A stretch of DNA of 64,000 nucleotides from Bosea sp. (in: a-proteobacteria) (GCA_035998995.1 DASYHC010000112.1:18209-82208), one strand, 5' to 3'; numbered from the stretch's first letter, positions 53,246-63,647 are shown. The notes: a model not told the origin generated them from the letters alone. Numbers and translations are program-made.

Positions 53246-53274
53246 CTTATAGAGCGAGCGTCGCCGCGATGCAA
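53246..53274 (-). promoter_or_regulatory. sigma-70-like promoter of the (now split) tRNA-Pro gene
   Basis: Minus strand TTGCAT-N17-TATAAG. The -10 element ends 9 nt before tRNA nt 1. Confidence 0.55.
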
Positions 53275-53495
53275 CGCGGCAATTGCCGGTAGACAGCGCT
53301 CGATTCACAGCGGCCTGCCATGATGTGGCCGCGGCGCGACTTCGGCCGGCGTGATGCCTCTCCGGAAGGATGTTGGTCATGCCGGCGACCATCCGGCCAC
53401 GGCGCGGCAACGCGGCGAGGCGAAAAGCCGCGCGGCGGCCAATCCAGAGTTCAGCCGACCGACCATGTCCCCGACTTTCCTGGCGGCACAGATCG

Positions 53496-53777
53496 TCAAG
53501 CGAAGTTCAGGGCCGGGCGATGGCTCCGGGGCGAGCGGGGTTTGGCTGTGCGCTGCGTCTTGCGCCGGCTGCGCCGCTCGCTCTTCAGCCGGGGCGGCCG
53601 CAATTCGGTGCCGGCGGTCGGCGCGGGGACCGGCGCAGCACCAGCGATCGCCGAGGCCATCCCCAAGGGATCCATGACATCACTGAGCGTGCGCGTCCCG
53701 ATTCGCGCCTGCGCCTTGGCATAGTCGTCGGCCTGCTCGCGCACCTTGTCGGCGAAGATCTCGAACAACCTGAACAT
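53496..53777 (-). CDS. hypothetical small protein with basic C-terminus
   Basis: AAGGAGAGAG RBS. MFRLFEIFADKVREQADDYAKAQ... with no motif recognised. Confidence 0.5.
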   Translation of the reverse strand: MFRLFEIFADKVREQADDYAKAQARIGTRTLSDVMDPLGMASAIAGAAPVPAPTAGTELRPPRLKSERRSRRKTQRTAKPRSPRSHRPALNFA

Positions 53778-53950
53778 CGTCTCTCTCCTTGCCGCAAGGC
53801 GCGGCTCGGAGGTTACAACGCGCCAAATGCCGATCGGTGCCCGAGCGGCACGATGGTCTCGGTCCGGACCTGTCTTTTGACCGCTGCCGCCGCGCGTAAC
53901 CCGTGGTACAGATTCGCAAAGCGGATAATCGGAAGCGGCGGCACGACACT

Positions 53951-56665
53951 ATGGGGGATGGAGTTTCAAGGCCCGCCGGGATTCCCGCGCGCTGGGTGAT
54001 CCTTGCGCTCTTCGCCGTGATCGTCCTGCCCGGCATCGCCTTCGCCGGCATCCTGCTGCAGCGCTACGCCGTCGCCGAGACCGAGCGCTACGAGCAGGAG
54101 GCGCGAGAGGTCGCCAGTTCCGCGACCTCGGTGCTCGATCGCCATCTCAACGGCTGGCGGACGACTTTGCAGACGCTCGCCACATCGCAGAACCTGCAGA
54201 ACCGCGACCTTGAGGCATTCTATCGCCAGGCCACGCTGGTGAAGCGCTTCATCGGCGCAGATATCGGCTTGCGCAGTCCCGACGGCCAGCAATTGCTGAA
54301 CACCCGCGTCGCCCACGGCACGCCGCTGCCGAAGACGCCGCTTGATCGCGATACCGAGGTGGTCGCCGAACAGCGCGCGCTGATCACGAACGTCTTCACC
54401 GGCGCGATCGCGCAGGCGCCGCTGTTCGCGCTGATCGTGCCGGTCCGGGTCGACGGCAAGGTCGAATATCTCCTGCATATCAGCGCCGGGACCGAGCTGC
54501 TCTACCAGGTCCTCAAGCCGATCGTTCCTGCCGGCTGGCTCGTCGCCGTGGGGGATCGCAACGGCGCTTATGTCATGCGCTCGGACGATCACGCAGCTTT
54601 CGCCGGAAAGCCGGGTGTGCCGGCCTTCCTCGCCAAGGCCACGGGCCAGAGCGGCAACTTCACAGGCCAGAGCGCGCTCGGCGAGAACGTGCTGGTCGGC
54701 TATGTCCGCTCGAACGTCGCGGACTGGCTGGTGGCGGCGAGCATCCGCGAGAGCGTCGTTCGCCAGCCTCTGCAGCAGGCGATACTGATGCTTACAGCGG
54801 GAGGGCTCGCGGCCCTTCTCGCCAGCTCGCTGATCGCGCTGTCGCTCTGGCGGCTTTTCGCCCGGCCCTTGTCCGTCCTGACGAAATCCGGAAGCCAGAT
54901 CGGTAGAACCGACGAACCGATCCCGCTGAAGACCCGCCTGCGCGAATTCATCGTGCTGCGCGACACTCTGTCGGATGCCTCGATGCAAATCCGGCAGGAT
55001 AGCGCGACGCTGGAGCGGCGCGTCGCCGACCGTACCGCCGAGCTCGAGGCCAGCAATATCCGCCTCGCCAGCGAGATCGAACAGCGCACCCGGGCGGAAG
55101 GCATGCTCGTCCAGGCGCAGAAGATGGAGGCGATCGGCAATCTGACGGGCGGGGTGGCGCACGATTTCAACAACCTGCTCCAGGTCGTCAGCGGCAATCT
55201 GCAGCTGCTCTCGCGCGAGGTCGCCAGCAACGAGAAGGCGCAGCTTCGCATCGAGAAGGCGATGGCGGGTGTCGCGCGCGGGTCCTATCTCGCCTCGCAG
55301 CTGCTCGCCTTCGGCCGGCGCCAGCCGCTGGAGCCGCGCGTCGTCAATATCGGCCGCCTGATCCGGGGCATGGACGACCTGCTGCGGCGCACGCTCGGCG
55401 AGGCGGTCGAAATCGAGACCGCGATCGCAGGCGGCCTGTGGAACACGCTGGTCGACCCGACCAATCTCGAGAACGCGATCCTGAACCTCGCGATCAATGC
55501 ACGCGATGCCATGGATGGGGCGGGCAAGCTCACGATCGAAGCCGGCAATGCCTTCCTCGACGACGGCTATGCCGCCAGCCACCCTGAAGTGAATGCGGGG
55601 CAGTATGTGATGGTCGCGGTGACCGATACCGGCAGCGGCATGACGCGCGAGGTCATCGAGAAGATCTTTGAACCATTCTTCTCGACCAAGCCCGAAGGCA
55701 AAGGCACCGGCCTTGGCCTGTCGATGGTCTACGGCTTCCTCAAGCAGTCCGGCGGCCATGTGAAGGTCTATTCGGAGCCCGGCCAAGGCACGACGGTAAA
55801 GCTCTATCTGCCGCGCTCGCTGCAGGCCGAGGACGTGCCGGTGGAGGTCGAAAACGGCCCCATCATCGGCGGCCACGAGACGATCCTCGTCGTCGAGGAT
55901 GACGCAGCGGTCCGCGACACCGTCGTCGCGATGCTCGACGAGCTCGGCTATCGCGTGCTGCGGGCGAACGACGCGCAAAGCGCCCTGGTCGTGATCGAGA
56001 GCGGCGTCGCCATCGACCTGCTCTTCACCGATGTCGTCATGCCCGGCCCGCTTCGCAGTCCGGAACTCGCGCGCAAGGCGAAGGAGCGCCTGCCGCAGCT
56101 CAGCATCCTCTTCACCTCCGGCTATACCGAGAATGCGATCGTCCATGGCGGGCGGCTCGACAGCGGCGTAAACCTGCTCTCGAAGCCCTATTCGCGCGAT
56201 GTCCTCGCGCGGAAGATCCGGCAAGTGCTGGCGCGCGACGGCAAGCTGCCGCGCCCGGTCGGCGACGATGGGCCTGCTGAGACGGATGCCGGGCAGCCAT
56301 CGCCGGCGCCGGCAGCGCTCACCATTCTGATCTGCGAGGATGACGCACTGATCCGGATGGACATGGCCGACATGGTCGGCGAGCTCGGCCATGCCGTGCG
56401 CGAGGCCGGCAGCGCGAAACAGGCGCTGGATGTCGCGGCCGCCGAGCCGATCGACCTGCTGCTGACCGATATCGGCTTGCCTGACATGGCGGGAACCGAA
56501 CTCGCCCGCCGCCTGCGCGAAGATCGGCCGGGCTTTCCGGTGATCTTCGTCACCGGACATGGCCGGGTCGAGGGCTTCCAGGACGAGGCTGGGACGGCTG
56601 TGATCGGCAAGCCGTTCGACTTCGAGCGCCTGAAGCGAGCCATCGAGGCGCTCCGCTCCGGCTAG
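53951..56665 (+). CDS. hybrid sensor histidine kinase/response regulator (periplasmic sensor, HisKA, HATPase, two REC domains)
   Basis: Two TM helices flank a periplasmic domain. H-box [15 protein letters not shown]-boxes [23 protein letters not shown]1 [21 protein letters not shown]2 [21 protein letters not shown]. Alternative GTG start at 53903. Confidence 0.9.
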   Translation: MGDGVSRPAGIPARWVILALFAVIVLPGIAFAGILLQRYAVAETERYEQEAREVASSATSVLDRHLNGWRTTLQTLATSQNLQNRDLEAFYRQATLVKRFIGADIGLRSPDGQQLLNTRVAHGTPLPKTPLDRDTEVVAEQRALITNVFTGAIAQAPLFALIVPVRVDGKVEYLLHISAGTELLYQVLKPIVPAGWLVAVGDRNGAYVMRSDDHAAFAGKPGVPAFLAKATGQSGNFTGQSALGENVLVGYVRSNVADWLVAASIRESVVRQPLQQAILMLTAGGLAALLASSLIALSLWRLFARPLSVLTKSGSQIGRTDEPIPLKTRLREFIVLRDTLSDASMQIRQDSATLERRVADRTAELEASNIRLASEIEQRTRAEGMLVQAQKMEAIGNLTGGVAHDFNNLLQVVSGNLQLLSREVASNEKAQLRIEKAMAGVARGSYLASQLLAFGRRQPLEPRVVNIGRLIRGMDDLLRRTLGEAVEIETAIAGGLWNTLVDPTNLENAILNLAINARDAMDGAGKLTIEAGNAFLDDGYAASHPEVNAGQYVMVAVTDTGSGMTREVIEKIFEPFFSTKPEGKGTGLGLSMVYGFLKQSGGHVKVYSEPGQGTTVKLYLPRSLQAEDVPVEVENGPIIGGHETILVVEDDAAVRDTVVAMLDELGYRVLRANDAQSALVVIESGVAIDLLFTDVVMPGPLRSPELARKAKERLPQLSILFTSGYTENAIVHGGRLDSGVNLLSKPYSRDVLARKIRQVLARDGKLPRPVGDDGPAETDAGQPSPAPAALTILICEDDALIRMDMADMVGELGHAVREAGSAKQALDVAAAEPIDLLLTDIGLPDMAGTELARRLREDRPGFPVIFVTGHGRVEGFQDEAGTAVIGKPFDFERLKRAIEALRSG

Positions 56666-56788
56666 GGCCGGAGCTTTATGAAGGCGCAGCCGCAACAGCA
56701 AGGATTCATTAACGAATTCTGTTCAAATGCGGTTCACAGGGTGAAGGTTATCTTCATGATACTGGCACCGATTCGTGGAGGCCCCGTC

Positions 56789-56938
56789 ATGACTATGGAC
56801 TGGCGCAACAGCCTGATGCTCGGCTTCATCGCGGCCGTGTTCGTCGCCTGCCTGTTCGGCCCCTATATGATCTCGGTGATGCTCGGCGGGCTCGGCCTGA
56901 CGTGCTATCTCTCGAAGCACATCAGGCCTGAAGCCTGA
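56789..56938 (+). CDS. small putative membrane protein (doubtful)
   Basis: About 49 aa with two hydrophobic helices. Weak support. Confidence 0.25.
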   Translation: MTMDWRNSLMLGFIAAVFVACLFGPYMISVMLGGLGLTCYLSKHIRPEA

Positions 56939-56943
56939 CCCTA

Positions 56944-57573
56944 TCAGGCCGCGAGCGCCGGCCGCTTCGACAGCCAGGCCCGCACCAAGCCAAGATCCGC
57001 CTGCGACAGGCCATGCCCGGTCGGCAGGCTGCGGTGCTCGACTGAAGCCCCCGCCCCGCTGAGCGTCGCCGCCAGCCGCGCCGCATTCTCCTCCGGGATG
57101 ATCGGGTCGAAGCTGCCAGAGACGATCAGCACGGGCTTGCCGCCCAGCGCCGCTGCCGGCGGCTTGGCGAAGGGCGACATCGCTCGCAACAGGACCGCCC
57201 CCGACAGCACCTCCGGCCGCAGCAGCAGCATCGCGGCGGCGATGTTGGCGCCGTTCGAGAAGCCGAGCGCGATCGGCGCCGGCAACCCGTACTCCGCCCG
57301 CGCCTGCTCGACGAAATCGGCAAGCTCATGCGTGCGCCGGGTGAGATCGTCCTCGTCGAAGACGCCCTCGGCCAGACGGCGGAAGAAGCGCGGCATGCCG
57401 GCTTCGAGCGTGCGCCCGCGCGGCGAGAGCAGCGCCGCCCCTGGCGCGAGCGTGCGCCCGAGCGGCAGAAGGTCGTTCTCGTCGCCGCCGGTGCCATGCA
57501 GCAGCAGGAGCGGCGCCTGGCTGGCAGCGCTCGCCGGCTCGAAGCGATGAATGAAGGTTTCGGTCGTGCTCAT
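56944..57573 (-). CDS. alpha/beta hydrolase (phospholipase/carboxylesterase family, MhqD-like)
   Basis: LLLLHGTGGDENDL and GFSNGANIAA (nucleophile elbow). Confidence 0.85.
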   Translation of the reverse strand: MSTTETFIHRFEPASAASQAPLLLLHGTGGDENDLLPLGRTLAPGAALLSPRGRTLEAGMPRFFRRLAEGVFDEDDLTRRTHELADFVEQARAEYGLPAPIALGFSNGANIAAAMLLLRPEVLSGAVLLRAMSPFAKPPAAALGGKPVLIVSGSFDPIIPEENAARLAATLSGAGASVEHRSLPTGHGLSQADLGLVRAWLSKRPALAA

Positions 57574-57638
57574 GGCACGCCTCCTTTCTGAGAGTTTTCG
57601 CAAAGGCGCCCCGCCCGAAGGCGGGGCGCCTGTACGGT

Positions 57639-58571
57639 TCAGGCGAGTGCCGGCAGCACAGCCTCGATCTCGGCGCGGCGTGTCTCGTACTGCGCCGGCA
57701 GCTTGAGCGTTCCGCCGAGGTCGTCCGCCGGCTCGTCGACAGCGAAGCCGGGGGCGTCAGTCGCGATCTCGAACAGCACGCCGCCGGGCTCACGGACGTA
57801 GACGGAGCGGAAATAGTTCCGATCCTTCTGCTCGGTGGGGCGCAGGCCGAATGTGTCGGCCAGCGTCTTCACCATGCGGGCCTGCTCCGCGTCGTCGCCG
57901 GCGCGGAAGGCGATGTGATGCACCGAGCCCGCGCCCATCCTGGCCGGCAGGAAGCCGCCGGCGGCGCGCAGGTCGACGACGCCGCCATGGGCAGCACCTT
58001 CGGCCCGCATGCGGACAGTGTCGCCCTCGCGACCGGCCTCGACGAAGCCGAACACGTCACGCAGGATCGCGGCGGTCGTCTCGGTCTTGTCGAGCAGCAG
58101 CGTGACGCCGTGGAAGCCGCGGATCGCGGATTCGGCCGGCACCTCGCCATTGTCCCAGGCCGGCTCGATCTCGCTGCCGGGCACCGCGACCAAAGCGAGC
58201 CGCATGCCGTCCGGATCGCGGAAGCTCAGCACGGTCTCGCCGAAGCGCTTCTGCGGCGCATCATGGGCGACGCCGTTGGCGACGAGGCGATGCGTCCAGT
58301 AGCCGACCGCTGCTTCCGGGATGCGGAAGGTGGTCAACTCCGTCTCGCCGACGCCAAGCCGGCCGGGCGCGACATGCTCCCAGGGAAAGAAGGTCAGGAT
58401 GGTGCCCGGATTGCCGCCGGCATCGCCGAAATAGAGATGCCAGGTGGTCGGATCGTCGAAGTTCACCGTCTTCTTCACCAGGCGCAGGCCAAGCACGCGG
58501 CTGTAGAAGTCGAGGTTGCGACGCGCCGGGCCGGCGATGGCGGTGACGTGGTGGATGCCGTTGATCTGCAT
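57639..58571 (-). CDS. ring-cleaving dioxygenase (tandem VOC domains, MhqO-like)
   Basis: MQINGIHHVTAIAGPARRNLDFYSRVLGLRLVKKTVNFDDP..WHLYFGD and a second VOC half, GSVHHIAFR. Confidence 0.85.
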   Translation of the reverse strand: MQINGIHHVTAIAGPARRNLDFYSRVLGLRLVKKTVNFDDPTTWHLYFGDAGGNPGTILTFFPWEHVAPGRLGVGETELTTFRIPEAAVGYWTHRLVANGVAHDAPQKRFGETVLSFRDPDGMRLALVAVPGSEIEPAWDNGEVPAESAIRGFHGVTLLLDKTETTAAILRDVFGFVEAGREGDTVRMRAEGAAHGGVVDLRAAGGFLPARMGAGSVHHIAFRAGDDAEQARMVKTLADTFGLRPTEQKDRNYFRSVYVREPGGVLFEIATDAPGFAVDEPADDLGGTLKLPAQYETRRAEIEAVLPALA

Positions 58572-58756
58572 GATGTCGTCCTCCGGGCTGCAGGACGCTG
58601 CCCTCGTTGGGCACAAAGATGATTGCGGTTCGGCAAAATGCCAGATCGAGTTCATTGCACCATAGCAATGTTATTCTCTGAAATTGCCAATTTGAATTGC
58701 CAAATCGAAATCGCCATTCTCTGCCGCAGACCAAACCGGTCCTTCGGAGAAAGACC

Positions 58757-59182
58757 ATGATCGACACCCGTTTCGCCCCTTATGGCGCCCTGACCCTGCG
58801 AGTCGCCCTCGGCGTCATGTTCATCGCCCACGCCTATCTGAAGCTTGCCGTCTTCACGGTTCCCGGCTTCGCCGGCTTCCTTGGCCAGGTCGGCCTGCCC
58901 GGTTTCCTCGCCTGGCCGATCATCCTGGCGGAAGTGATCGGCGGCCTTGCCATCCTCACCGGCTTCTATGGCCGCTATGTCTCGGTCCTGCTGCTGCCGG
59001 TCCTGCTGGGCGCTCTCGTCATCCACGCCCCCAATGGCTGGGTCTTCAACGCCCCGAACGGCGGCTGGGAATATCCCGCCTTCCTCGCCCTCACCGCCTT
59101 CGCCCATGTCCTGATCGGCGACGGCGCGCTGGCGCTACGTCCGGCCGGTGTTTCGGTCGCCGCCAAGCCCGCTTTGGCCTGA
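58757..59182 (+). CDS. DoxX family membrane protein (MhqP-like)
   Basis: LRVALGVMFIAHAYLKL...AEVIGGLAILTG. Confidence 0.85.
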   Translation: MIDTRFAPYGALTLRVALGVMFIAHAYLKLAVFTVPGFAGFLGQVGLPGFLAWPIILAEVIGGLAILTGFYGRYVSVLLLPVLLGALVIHAPNGWVFNAPNGGWEYPAFLALTAFAHVLIGDGALALRPAGVSVAAKPALA

Positions 59183-59277
59183 GCTTCCCCTGCTCATCAC
59201 GACAGAACGGGCGACAGGTTGCTGCAACCTGTCGCCCGTACCATGTTCAGGGAGCTGACTTCCCTGGAGCCGCCCGC

Positions 59278-60231
59278 TTGCCGAACGCCGCCTCTTCCGT
59301 CGCCTGGGACGATTTCCGGCTGATCAAGGCCATCGCCGAGGCGCGCAGCCTGCCGGCGGCCGCCGAGCTGATCGGCCTCAACCATTCGACCGTGTTCCGC
59401 CGCCTCGGCCAGATCGAGGAAAGCCTCGGCACGCGCTTGTTCGAGCGGCACCGCTCCGGCTATGTGCCGACGCCCGCGGGCGAAGAGATGGCCGTCCTGG
59501 CCGAGCGGCTGGAGACCGACATCGCCGGATTTACCCGCCGACTCGCCGGCCGCGAAATCCTGCCGGCCGGCGAACTGCGCGTCACCACCAATGATTCGCT
59601 GCTGGCCGAATTGCTGACGCCGCTCTTCGCCGCCTTCATGCGGCAATGCCCGGACATCAAGCTCGACATCCTGCTCGGCAACCAAGCGCTCAATCTGAGC
59701 AAGCGCGACGCCGATGTCGCGATCCGCGCCACCGACAGCCCACCGGAAAACCTGATCGGCCGGCGCGTCGCCCAGATCGGCTGGGCACTCTATGGCCGCG
59801 CCACGGATTTTCCGGAAGGCGCACCGGCTGATCAGGCCGAGCTTGCGCAGCAGCGCTGGATCTCGCTCGGCGACCAGTTCAGCAACTTCAAGGTCGTGCA
59901 GTATCGGCAAAAGCACATCCCGGCCGACCAGACCGTCTACAAGCTCAACACGGTGCTGGGCCTCGCGGAAGCGGTCGAGGCCGGCATCGGCATCGGCTTC
60001 CTGCCCTGCTTCATCGCCGACAAGCGTCCGGCGCTGGTCCGGCTGGCGCAACCACAGACCGGCTACGCCGCCGATCTGTGGCTGCTGACCCATCCCGACC
60101 TGCGCCACTCGCCGCGGGTGCGGCTCTTCCTCGATTTCATGGCCCAGGAGCTGACCAAGCTGCGGCCGCTGATGGAAGGTGGCGCGACAAGCCGGGAGAG
60201 CGCCGAGGCGCCCTCGCCGGCCAACGCGTAG
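59278..60231 (+). CDS. LysR family transcriptional regulator
   Basis: WDDFRLIKAIAEARSLPAAAELIGLNHSTVFRRLGQIEESLG is the HTH. TTG start as given in the track. Confidence 0.85.
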   Translation: MPNAASSVAWDDFRLIKAIAEARSLPAAAELIGLNHSTVFRRLGQIEESLGTRLFERHRSGYVPTPAGEEMAVLAERLETDIAGFTRRLAGREILPAGELRVTTNDSLLAELLTPLFAAFMRQCPDIKLDILLGNQALNLSKRDADVAIRATDSPPENLIGRRVAQIGWALYGRATDFPEGAPADQAELAQQRWISLGDQFSNFKVVQYRQKHIPADQTVYKLNTVLGLAEAVEAGIGIGFLPCFIADKRPALVRLAQPQTGYAADLWLLTHPDLRHSPRVRLFLDFMAQELTKLRPLMEGGATSRESAEAPSPANA

Positions 60232-60238
60232 CGAGCCG

Positions 60239-60742
60239 TCAGGCGGCCTGACGGTTGATCCCGGATTCCGCCAGCTTGGTCAGCTTGCTGTCGGCGGCAT
60301 GCTCCTCGTCGAGGTTCTGCTGCAGCAACGCAGCACAATCCTCGCGGCCGAGCTGCTTGGCCCAAGCGGTCAGCGTGCCGTAGCGGGTGATCTCGTAGTG
60401 CTCGACCGCCTGCGCCGCCGCGATGATCGCCGCATCCAGCACCTGCTTGTCCTCGACCTCGCCGGTGACCTCGTCCGCTTCTTCGAGGATGCCGTCGATC
60501 GCCGGGCAATCGGTCCCCTTGGCCTCGACGCCATGTTGCTGGAAGACCTGCTCCAGCCGGCGGATATGGCCCTCGGTCTCGCCGAGATGGGCCTGCAGGC
60601 CGTTCCGCAGCTGCGTATCCGTCGCCTTCTCGATCATGGTCGGCAAAGCTTTCCTGATCTGCTTCTCGGCGTAGTAGATGTCCTGGAGCTGATGCACGAA
60701 GAGATCGTCCATCGTCTTGATATCCTTGGAAAACAGGCCCAT
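60239..60742 (-). CDS. ferritin-like DUF892 (YciE/YciF family) stress protein
   Basis: MDDLFVHQLQDIYYAEKQIRKALPTMIEKA...AQAVEHYEITRYGTL. Confidence 0.85.
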   Translation of the reverse strand: MGLFSKDIKTMDDLFVHQLQDIYYAEKQIRKALPTMIEKATDTQLRNGLQAHLGETEGHIRRLEQVFQQHGVEAKGTDCPAIDGILEEADEVTGEVEDKQVLDAAIIAAAQAVEHYEITRYGTLTAWAKQLGREDCAALLQQNLDEEHAADSKLTKLAESGINRQAA

Positions 60743-60817
60743 GCCTTCCTCCTGCTCGCATTGTCGGGATTGATGAAACCGATGCCGCCTGCCGACGACA
60801 TGCTTCCCTGTCGCTGC

Positions 60818-60842
60818 AACGTGCGCCGCGGCGAACTGTTCC
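60818..60842 (-). promoter_or_regulatory. EcfG-type general stress promoter GGAAC-N16-CGTT
   Basis: Minus strand GGAAC (60842-60838), 16 nt, CGTT (60821-60818). It lies about 75 nt upstream of the DUF892 start. Confidence 0.6.
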
Positions 60843-60895
60843 GGAGATGTGCGAAGGCGGATGCGGCCTGCCGGCATCTACGCTAGGCTCGCGTC

Positions 60896-61066
60896 ATGGA
60901 ACTCCTCATTCCCCTTATCGCGGGCTTGGCCCTGATCTGGCTGATAGGCCGCGGCGTGCCCTGGAACGCCAAGCTGACGACAGTCGTCGTCACGCTGGCG
61001 GTCATCGTCGCGATCCTGCTGATCGAGCGCGCCGGCCTCTGGCCCGAGGCGTTCCGGCGGCAGTAA
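60896..61066 (+). CDS. small putative membrane protein (56 aa)
   Basis: MELLIPLIAGLALIWLIGRG...VVVTLAVIVAILLIERAG gives two TM helices. Below the track cutoff, read from the sequence. Confidence 0.3.
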   Translation: MELLIPLIAGLALIWLIGRGVPWNAKLTTVVVTLAVIVAILLIERAGLWPEAFRRQ

Positions 61067-61097
61067 ACCGCCGCCGGTTGAGCTCGGCGAGCTGCTC

Positions 61098-61412
61098 TCA
61101 GGAAACGAGCTTCAGCCCGACGATACCGGCGACGATCAAGCCGACGCAGGCCAAGCGCAGCGCCGTCGCCGGCTCTCCGAACAGGATGATGCCGAGGACG
61201 GCGGTGCCGATCGTGCCGATTCCGGTCCAGATCGCATAGGCGGTGCCGAGCGGCAGGCTCTTCAAGGCGAGGCCGAGCAGGCCGAGGCTCACCGCCATGC
61301 TGGCGACAGTCAGCACTGTCGGGACGAGGCGAGTGAAGCCGTGCGTGTATTTCAGGCCGATGGCCCAGCCGATCTCGAACAGGCCGGCGAAGAAGAGATA
61401 AGTCCAGGCCAT
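61098..61412 (-). CDS. sugE: SMR-family guanidinium/quaternary ammonium exporter SugE (Gdx)
   Basis: [23 protein letters not shown]...[13 protein letters not shown], 104 aa. Confidence 0.9.
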   Translation of the reverse strand: MAWTYLFFAGLFEIGWAIGLKYTHGFTRLVPTVLTVASMAVSLGLLGLALKSLPLGTAYAIWTGIGTIGTAVLGIILFGEPATALRLACVGLIVAGIVGLKLVS

Positions 61413-61432
61413 GGCGGCCCTCCGTTCAGAAG

Positions 61433-61492
61433 GGCGGGGTCGTCCACGCCTAGGGGAAACGCGGGCGAAAGGCCTGCGGAGGTCGTCCTCGC
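61433..61492 (-). ncRNA. guanidine-II (mini-ykkC) riboswitch candidate
   Basis: Two hairpins with ACGA loops on the minus strand, GCGAGG-ACGA-CCTCCGC and GGCGTGG-ACGA-CCCCGCC, joined by a 25-nt linker. GGAGGG SD and the sugE ATG follow directly. Confidence 0.6.
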
Positions 61493-61546
61493 CGGCTGAT
61501 CTAGCGAGCCGGGAGCGAAGGTTCAAGTCGTCGGAAGGCCGTGAAG

Positions 61547-62143
61547 CTAGCCGTCTTCCCCGGCGCTCGCGGTGGCCAAGGCGCCGTGCAGCAAGCGGCG
61601 GCATTCGATCAGCTCGGAGAGCGTCGCCTTAAGGAAGGCGAGATCATCGGCGCCGATCAGCGGCTGCGCCGAGCGTGGCAAGGAAGAAAGAAGCGCCTTC
61701 GCAGCGAAGCCGGGTTCGGCCAGGCTCGCCGGGCGATGCTGCTGAGCCGCCGGCATCGGCTCGGCGCGCGAGGGGGACGCATGGGCTGCCGCAGCCGAAG
61801 GAGCCGGCGCATTGGCGCCGGTGATCTCGCCGCCGCGACCGATCGCCTGGACATAGCGCGGCCCCTGTTCCTTCAGGATGCGCTGCAGGCCCTTGATGGT
61901 ATAGCCCTCGCCATAGAGCAGGCGGCGGATGCCCTTGAGCAGGGCGACATCGTCGGGCCGGTAATAGCGCCGGCCGCCGCCGCGCTTCAGCGGCTTGATC
62001 TGGGAGAAGCGCGTTTCCCAGAAACGCAGGACGTGTTGGGGAATGTCGAGGTCTTCGGCGACCTCGCTGATGGTTCTGAATGCGTCTGGGCTCTTGTTAT
62101 CCAATTCGGCCTCGAATCCGCCGTCGTGGAACTCCAGAATCAC
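61547..62143 (-). CDS. MerR family transcriptional regulator
   Basis: [56 protein letters not shown]. Overlaps the ihfA stop. Confidence 0.85.
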   Translation of the reverse strand: MILEFHDGGFEAELDNKSPDAFRTISEVAEDLDIPQHVLRFWETRFSQIKPLKRGGGRRYYRPDDVALLKGIRRLLYGEGYTIKGLQRILKEQGPRYVQAIGRGGEITGANAPAPSAAAAHASPSRAEPMPAAQQHRPASLAEPGFAAKALLSSLPRSAQPLIGADDLAFLKATLSELIECRRLLHGALATASAGEDG

Positions 62144-62454
62144 TCCTCCTCACCCACGCCGTTCAGTCCGTTGATCCGCGCCTTCATCACGTTGGACGGC
62201 TTGAACACCATCACGCGACGCGGCTCGATCGGGACTTCGACGCCGGTTTTCGGATTACGCCCGATTCGCTCGCCTTTGTCGCGCACCACGAACGAGCCGA
62301 ACGAGGACAACTTGACGTTTTCCCCACGCGCGACCGCGTCGCAGATCTCGTCCAGCACCGCCTCGACCAGCTTGGACGACTCCGTCCGCGACAGGCCGAT
62401 CTTCTGGTAGACAGCCTCGCACAGATCAGCCCGCGTAATCGTTTGCCCCGCCAT
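62140..62454 (-). CDS. ihfA: integration host factor subunit alpha
   Basis: [26 protein letters not shown]...GFGSF-type core [35 protein letters not shown]. Confidence 0.95.
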   Translation of the reverse strand: MAGQTITRADLCEAVYQKIGLSRTESSKLVEAVLDEICDAVARGENVKLSSFGSFVVRDKGERIGRNPKTGVEVPIEPRRVMVFKPSNVMKARINGLNGVGEEE

Positions 62455-62655
62455 CAATTCCTCCAAGGCGTTTCTTCAAACAGCGGCGTCCCCGTTAACC
62501 TAACCCCACCGGAGGCGGACGCTAGGCGGCGAGGCGATTGCGGTCAATCCTCGCCGTGCTCGCACAGGTTGAAAAACGCGGAAAATCCGCGCTGACAGCC
62601 GCTAAGAAAATGTCATAGATCAAAAGCGCTTAGCTTGGACGGCGAATCCGCGCCA

Positions 62656-63633
62656 CTACCAGCGGATCAGCGCCGAGCCCCAGGTGAAGCCGCCGCCCAT
62701 CGCCTCGATCAGCACGAGCTGGCCGGGCTTGATCCGGCCGTCGGCATGAGCCTCGGCGAGCGCCAGCGGAATCGAAGCGGCCGAGGTGTTGCCGTGCCTG
62801 TCGACGGTGACGACGACCCGGTCCTCGCCGATGCCGAGCTTGTGGGCTGTGGCGTCGATGATGCGGCGATTGGCCTGATGCGGCACGAACCAGTCGATGT
62901 CGTCGCCGGAGAGCCCGGTCTCCTCGAAGGTGTGGCGCACCGTCTCGGCCAGGTTGACCACAGCGTGCTTGAAGACCTCCCGGCCTTCCATGCGCAGGAA
63001 GCCCACGGTCTTGGTCGAGCCCGGCCCGCCATCGACATAGAGCTTGTTGGCATAGCGGCCGTCGGAGCGGACATGGGTCGTCAGCACGCCGCGATCGGCG
63101 AGCGTGCCGGTGCCCTCCTCCGCCTGGAGCACGACGGCGCCGGCGCCGTCGCCGAACAGCACGCAGGTGGCGCGGTCGTCCCAGTCGAGGATGCGCGAGA
63201 AGGTCTCGGCGCCGATGACGATGGCGGTCTTGGCCGCGCCGCTCACCAGGAACTTGTCGGCGGTGGCGAGTCCGAAGACGAAGCCGGAGCAGACGGCCTG
63301 CAGGTCGAAGGCGGCGCCTTGCGTGATGCCGAGCTCGGCCTGGATATAGGTCGCAGTGGCCGGAAAGGTGTGGTCGGGCGTCGCGGTCGCGACGATGATG
63401 AGGTCGACCTCGCTCGCCGGGATGCCTGCGTCGGCGAGCGCAGCCTGCGCCGCCTTCAGGCCGAGCATGCCGGTGGTTTCACCTTCCGCCGCGATGTGGC
63501 GGGCGCGGATACCAGTGCGCTGGACGATCCACTCGTCGCTGGTGTCGACCTTCGCCGCCAATTCGGCGTTGGTCATGATGCGCGCCGGCAGATAGGAGCC
63601 GCAGCCGCGCAGGACGGATCGCATTCTGGACAA
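62656..63633 (-). CDS. fabH: beta-ketoacyl-ACP synthase III
   Basis: [15 protein letters not shown] (active Cys), [23 protein letters not shown]. Confidence 0.95.
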   Translation of the reverse strand: MSRMRSVLRGCGSYLPARIMTNAELAAKVDTSDEWIVQRTGIRARHIAAEGETTGMLGLKAAQAALADAGIPASEVDLIIVATATPDHTFPATATYIQAELGITQGAAFDLQAVCSGFVFGLATADKFLVSGAAKTAIVIGAETFSRILDWDDRATCVLFGDGAGAVVLQAEEGTGTLADRGVLTTHVRSDGRYANKLYVDGGPGSTKTVGFLRMEGREVFKHAVVNLAETVRHTFEETGLSGDDIDWFVPHQANRRIIDATAHKLGIGEDRVVVTVDRHGNTSAASIPLALAEAHADGRIKPGQLVLIEAMGGGFTWGSALIRW

Positions 63634-63647
63634 GGACGTTCTCTTCC

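Noticed and set aside
53818-53842. EcfG-like promoter upstream of the small gene at 53496-53777 (minus-strand GGCAC-N16-CGTT).
   Set aside because: The -35 element deviates from the invariant GGAAC, which makes the match too weak to call.
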